A DNA stretch of 27,511 nt, taken from positions 1-27,511 of the forward strand of contig JAEYTU010000088.1 of the NCBI GenBank assembly GCA_023433825.1, in the 5' to 3' direction. The position numbers were made by a program, and so were the translations under genes. Below the pieces are notes generated by a model. That model was not told the DNA's origin, ran no database searches, and worked only from the letters and a program-made list of their open reading frames with translations. This stretch comes from Planctomycetota bacterium (GTDB lineage: Bacteria; Planctomycetota; UBA1135; UBA2386). Of the stretch, positions 25,280 through 27,511 are shown in pieces. Each line of letters begins with the position of its first letter. The stretch's first letter is position 1.

Positions 25280-26455
25280 ATGAACGTCGCCTCGTCCGCC
25301 ACCGGTTGCCTGCTCGCTGTGCTCACGTCTGCTGCGGTCCTGCCGGCGCAGGATGGCGGTTACGCGTTGGCCGACGCGTTCCCCGAGCAGCGGCCGTTCC
25401 AACGACCGCTCGCGATGGTGCGCACGGATGCCGACCCGAAGTTCTTCTACGTCGTCGAGCAGGTCGGGCGCGTGCAGCGCGTGCCGGCGGATCCGAAGGC
25501 GAAGGAGCGGACCGTGGCGCTGGATCTGCGCGCGAAGGTCTATCACGGGCACAACGAAGAGGGATTGCTCGGCTTCGCGTTCGATCCTGCGTTCGCGACG
25601 AATCGCCACGTCTATGTCAACTACAGCGAGAGCGTCGCGCGGCGAACGCGCCAGACGGTCGTCGCGCGGATGACGGCCGTCGTCGACGACGACGGTGTGC
25701 GGATCGATCCGGCGACGGAGTTGCGGGTGCTGGTGATCCCGCAGCCGTACGGGAACCACAACGGTGGCTGCATCACGTTCGGTCCCGATGGGTTCCTGTA
25801 CATCGGCATGGGCGACGGCGGCGCGGCAGACGATCCGCACGGGCACGGTCAGGACCTGACGACACTGCACGGCGCGATCCTGCGTGTCGACGTTCGCGCG
25901 GCGACGGCGGAGAAGCCGTATGCGATTCCCAAGGACAATCCGTTCGCGGACGGTGCGGACGGTGCGCGGAAGGAGATCTATGCGTACGGGCTGCGGAATG
26001 TCTGGGGGATGACGTTCGATCGCGCGACCGGCGACCTGTGGGTGGGGGACGTCGGGCAGAACAAGTGGGAGGAGGTCGACCGGATCGTCAAGGGCGGCAA
26101 CTACGGGTGGAACCTGAAGGAGGGCACGCACGCGTTCACCGGTGGGAAGCGTTCACCGGCGCGCGACGACCTGATCGAGCCGATCGCCGAGTACTCGCAC
26201 GCGGAGGGGCTTTCCGTGACCGGCGGCTACGTCTACCGCGGCCGCGCACACGCGGCGCTCGTCGGCCGGTACGTCTACGGCGACTATGTGACCGGCCGGA
26301 TCTGGTCGGTGAAGGAGGACCGCGACGGCGGCGAGCACGACGTTCAGCCGTTGATGCGCGTGCAGCAGCCGATCGCGCAGTTCGCCGAGGACGCCGACGG
26401 CGAGCTGTTCGTCGTCAGCCACGCCGGCCGCGTCTACCGCATCGTCGGAAAGTGA
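25280..26455 (+). CDS. PQQ-dependent sugar dehydrogenase (glucose/sorbosone dehydrogenase family), exported
   Basis: Signal peptide, EEGLLGFAFDP, QPYGNHNGG, FGPDGFLYIGMGDGG, YGLRN, DVGQNKWEEVD, GGNYGW and SVTGGYVYRG. Confidence 0.92.
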   Translation: MNVASSATGCLLAVLTSAAVLPAQDGGYALADAFPEQRPFQRPLAMVRTDADPKFFYVVEQVGRVQRVPADPKAKERTVALDLRAKVYHGHNEEGLLGFAFDPAFATNRHVYVNYSESVARRTRQTVVARMTAVVDDDGVRIDPATELRVLVIPQPYGNHNGGCITFGPDGFLYIGMGDGGAADDPHGHGQDLTTLHGAILRVDVRAATAEKPYAIPKDNPFADGADGARKEIYAYGLRNVWGMTFDRATGDLWVGDVGQNKWEEVDRIVKGGNYGWNLKEGTHAFTGGKRSPARDDLIEPIAEYSHAEGLSVTGGYVYRGRAHAALVGRYVYGDYVTGRIWSVKEDRDGGEHDVQPLMRVQQPIAQFAEDADGELFVVSHAGRVYRIVGK

Positions 26456-26529
26456 AACGAAAGTGCCTGGCACGAACGTTTCACTTCGTCGGAGAAAGTG
26501 AAACAAAGGTGCCAGGCACCTTTGTGTCA
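26442..26529. repeat. Tandem pair of about 44-bp palindromic REP-like units between convergent genes
   Basis: Unit 1 TCGTCGGAAAGTGAAACGAAAGTGCCTGGCACGAACGTTTCAC; unit 2 TCGTCGGAGAAAGTGAAACAAAGGTGCCAGGCACCTTTGTGTCA. Each is an inverted repeat centred on GTGCCWGGCAC. Confidence 0.75.
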
Positions 26530-27511
26530 GAACTTCGCCTCCAGCGTGACGATGACGTTCGTGCCCGGTTCGAACGAGCCCGAGTCCATCAGCTTGTGGT
26601 CGATGTCGCCGAGGTTCTCGACGGCGACCGACAACGTTGCGAAGCGGTTCAACTGCTTCCAGCCGCGGAGCCCGACCAGCGCGTAGCCCGGTAGGCCGTC
26701 CGGCGGAATGCGTTGCGGGTTCGTCGCGTCGGACTCGGTGTAGCGCGAGTTGTGCACGTGGTAGGCGAGGCGCGTGTAGACCTCCGCGCCTGCCGTCTCC
26801 GACGGCTCGGTCCAGCGCAGACCGATCATCCCGGTCGGCGGCGGGATCGCGCCCGGTCGATCGCGAACGACGAGGCCGGCGTTGTTGCGCTGGTCGATCC
26901 GTCCGTCGACGTAGTCGACGAAGCCGTAGACCTCCCACTCGTCGAGTTCCAACGCGGCGAGGTTGTACGACGCCTCCGCCTCGAACCCGGCGAACCAACC
27001 GTCACCGACGTTGCTCTTCGTGACCTCCGGCAAGCCGCCGATCGTCGCGCCCGTGCGCGACCGGTTGATCTGATCGCGAACGTCCGTGTAGTAGCCCGTC
27101 ACTCCCGCCGCGAACGTGCCGTCGTCGAACCGCGCGCCGAGCTCGAACGTCAGATACTTCTCGGCCTTCAACCCCGTCGCCGGCACCTCCTGCTCGCCGC
27201 TGCGACCGACGTCGAAGCGCGTTGTGTCGGACAGGTTCGGCGCGCGGAAACCCTGGCTCGCGCCAGCGAACAGGCGCACCTGCTCGGTCGTGCGGTGCAT
27301 CAGCCGAACGCTGCCGGTCAACGCGTTCCAGTCGTCCTTGACGTCGTCGAACACGACGCTGTCCCCAGGAACGTCGACGCGCCGCGCGTCCATTCGAACG
27401 TGGCTGTAGCGCGCGCCGAGCAGCACGTTCCAGTCGGTCGCGATGTCGACGTCGTACTGCGCGAACAGCCCGAGCATGTCGTAGGTCGCGTCGCCCGCGA
27501 CGACGCCGCGG
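26527..27511 (-). CDS. TonB-dependent receptor (C-terminal part; 5' end lies outside the window)
   Basis: Amphipathic beta-strands, GARYS, SQGFRAPNL, LKAEKYLTFELG, AVENLGD and a terminal Phe (TLEAKF). The frame is open to the window edge. Confidence 0.9.
   Translation of the reverse strand, partial: RGVVAGDATYDMLGLFAQYDVDIATDWNVLLGARYSHVRMDARRVDVPGDSVVFDDVKDDWNALTGSVRLMHRTTEQVRLFAGASQGFRAPNLSDTTRFDVGRSGEQEVPATGLKAEKYLTFELGARFDDGTFAAGVTGYYTDVRDQINRSRTGATIGGLPEVTKSNVGDGWFAGFEAEASYNLAALELDEWEVYGFVDYVDGRIDQRNNAGLVVRDRPGAIPPPTGMIGLRWTEPSETAGAEVYTRLAYHVHNSRYTESDATNPQRIPPDGLPGYALVGLRGWKQLNRFATLSVAVENLGDIDHKLMDSGSFEPGTNVIVTLEAKF

Noticed and set aside
25241..26131. N-terminal extension of the ABC ATPase (ORF 24440..26131)
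   Set aside because: It is antisense to the GSDH gene; the ATPase fold starts at MLRVEGL (25240).
26442..26529. Possible mini CRISPR array
   Set aside because: Only two degenerate, directly abutting units with no spacer and no cas genes; better explained as a REP-like repeat.

Overview
This is a densely coding, very GC-rich (about 70% by eye) bacterial chromosome segment, probably from an uncultured Planctomycetota lineage. That assignment is an inference from gene content: a GSDH propeller, an ECF sigma next to a carboxypeptidase-like-domain protein, a FIST protein, a tandem ThyX and a TonB receptor. About 26 CDSs can be supported, and most are housekeeping: rsgA, gluQ, a TrmH-family methyltransferase, rarA, an M3 oligoendopeptidase, recD2, rpsU, an RluA/RluD-family pseudouridine synthase, thyX, trxB, an MtfA-like peptidase, an ABC ATPase, a PQQ/GSDH dehydrogenase and a 5'-truncated TonB-dependent receptor. 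An accessory block at 7.5-12.6 kb carries an ECF sigma, a membrane-anchored carboxypeptidase-regulatory-like protein, a secreted propeller protein and a TlpA. I found no tRNA, rRNA, CRISPR array, transposase, integrase or recognisable defence system. The best leads are: (1) a half GT-B glycosyltransferase with a Cys cluster; (2) a possible C-terminal sorting domain on the secreted propeller; (3) a tandem palindromic REP-like element that supplies the stop codons of both flanking genes; (4) a structured rpsU leader together with an extended bS21; (5) an 84-aa orphan ORF with a strong promoter and SD; (6) a recurring TAnnnT-CCC(C)GC promoter motif, often in near-leaderless position. All are hypotheses from reading the sequence; no searches were run.
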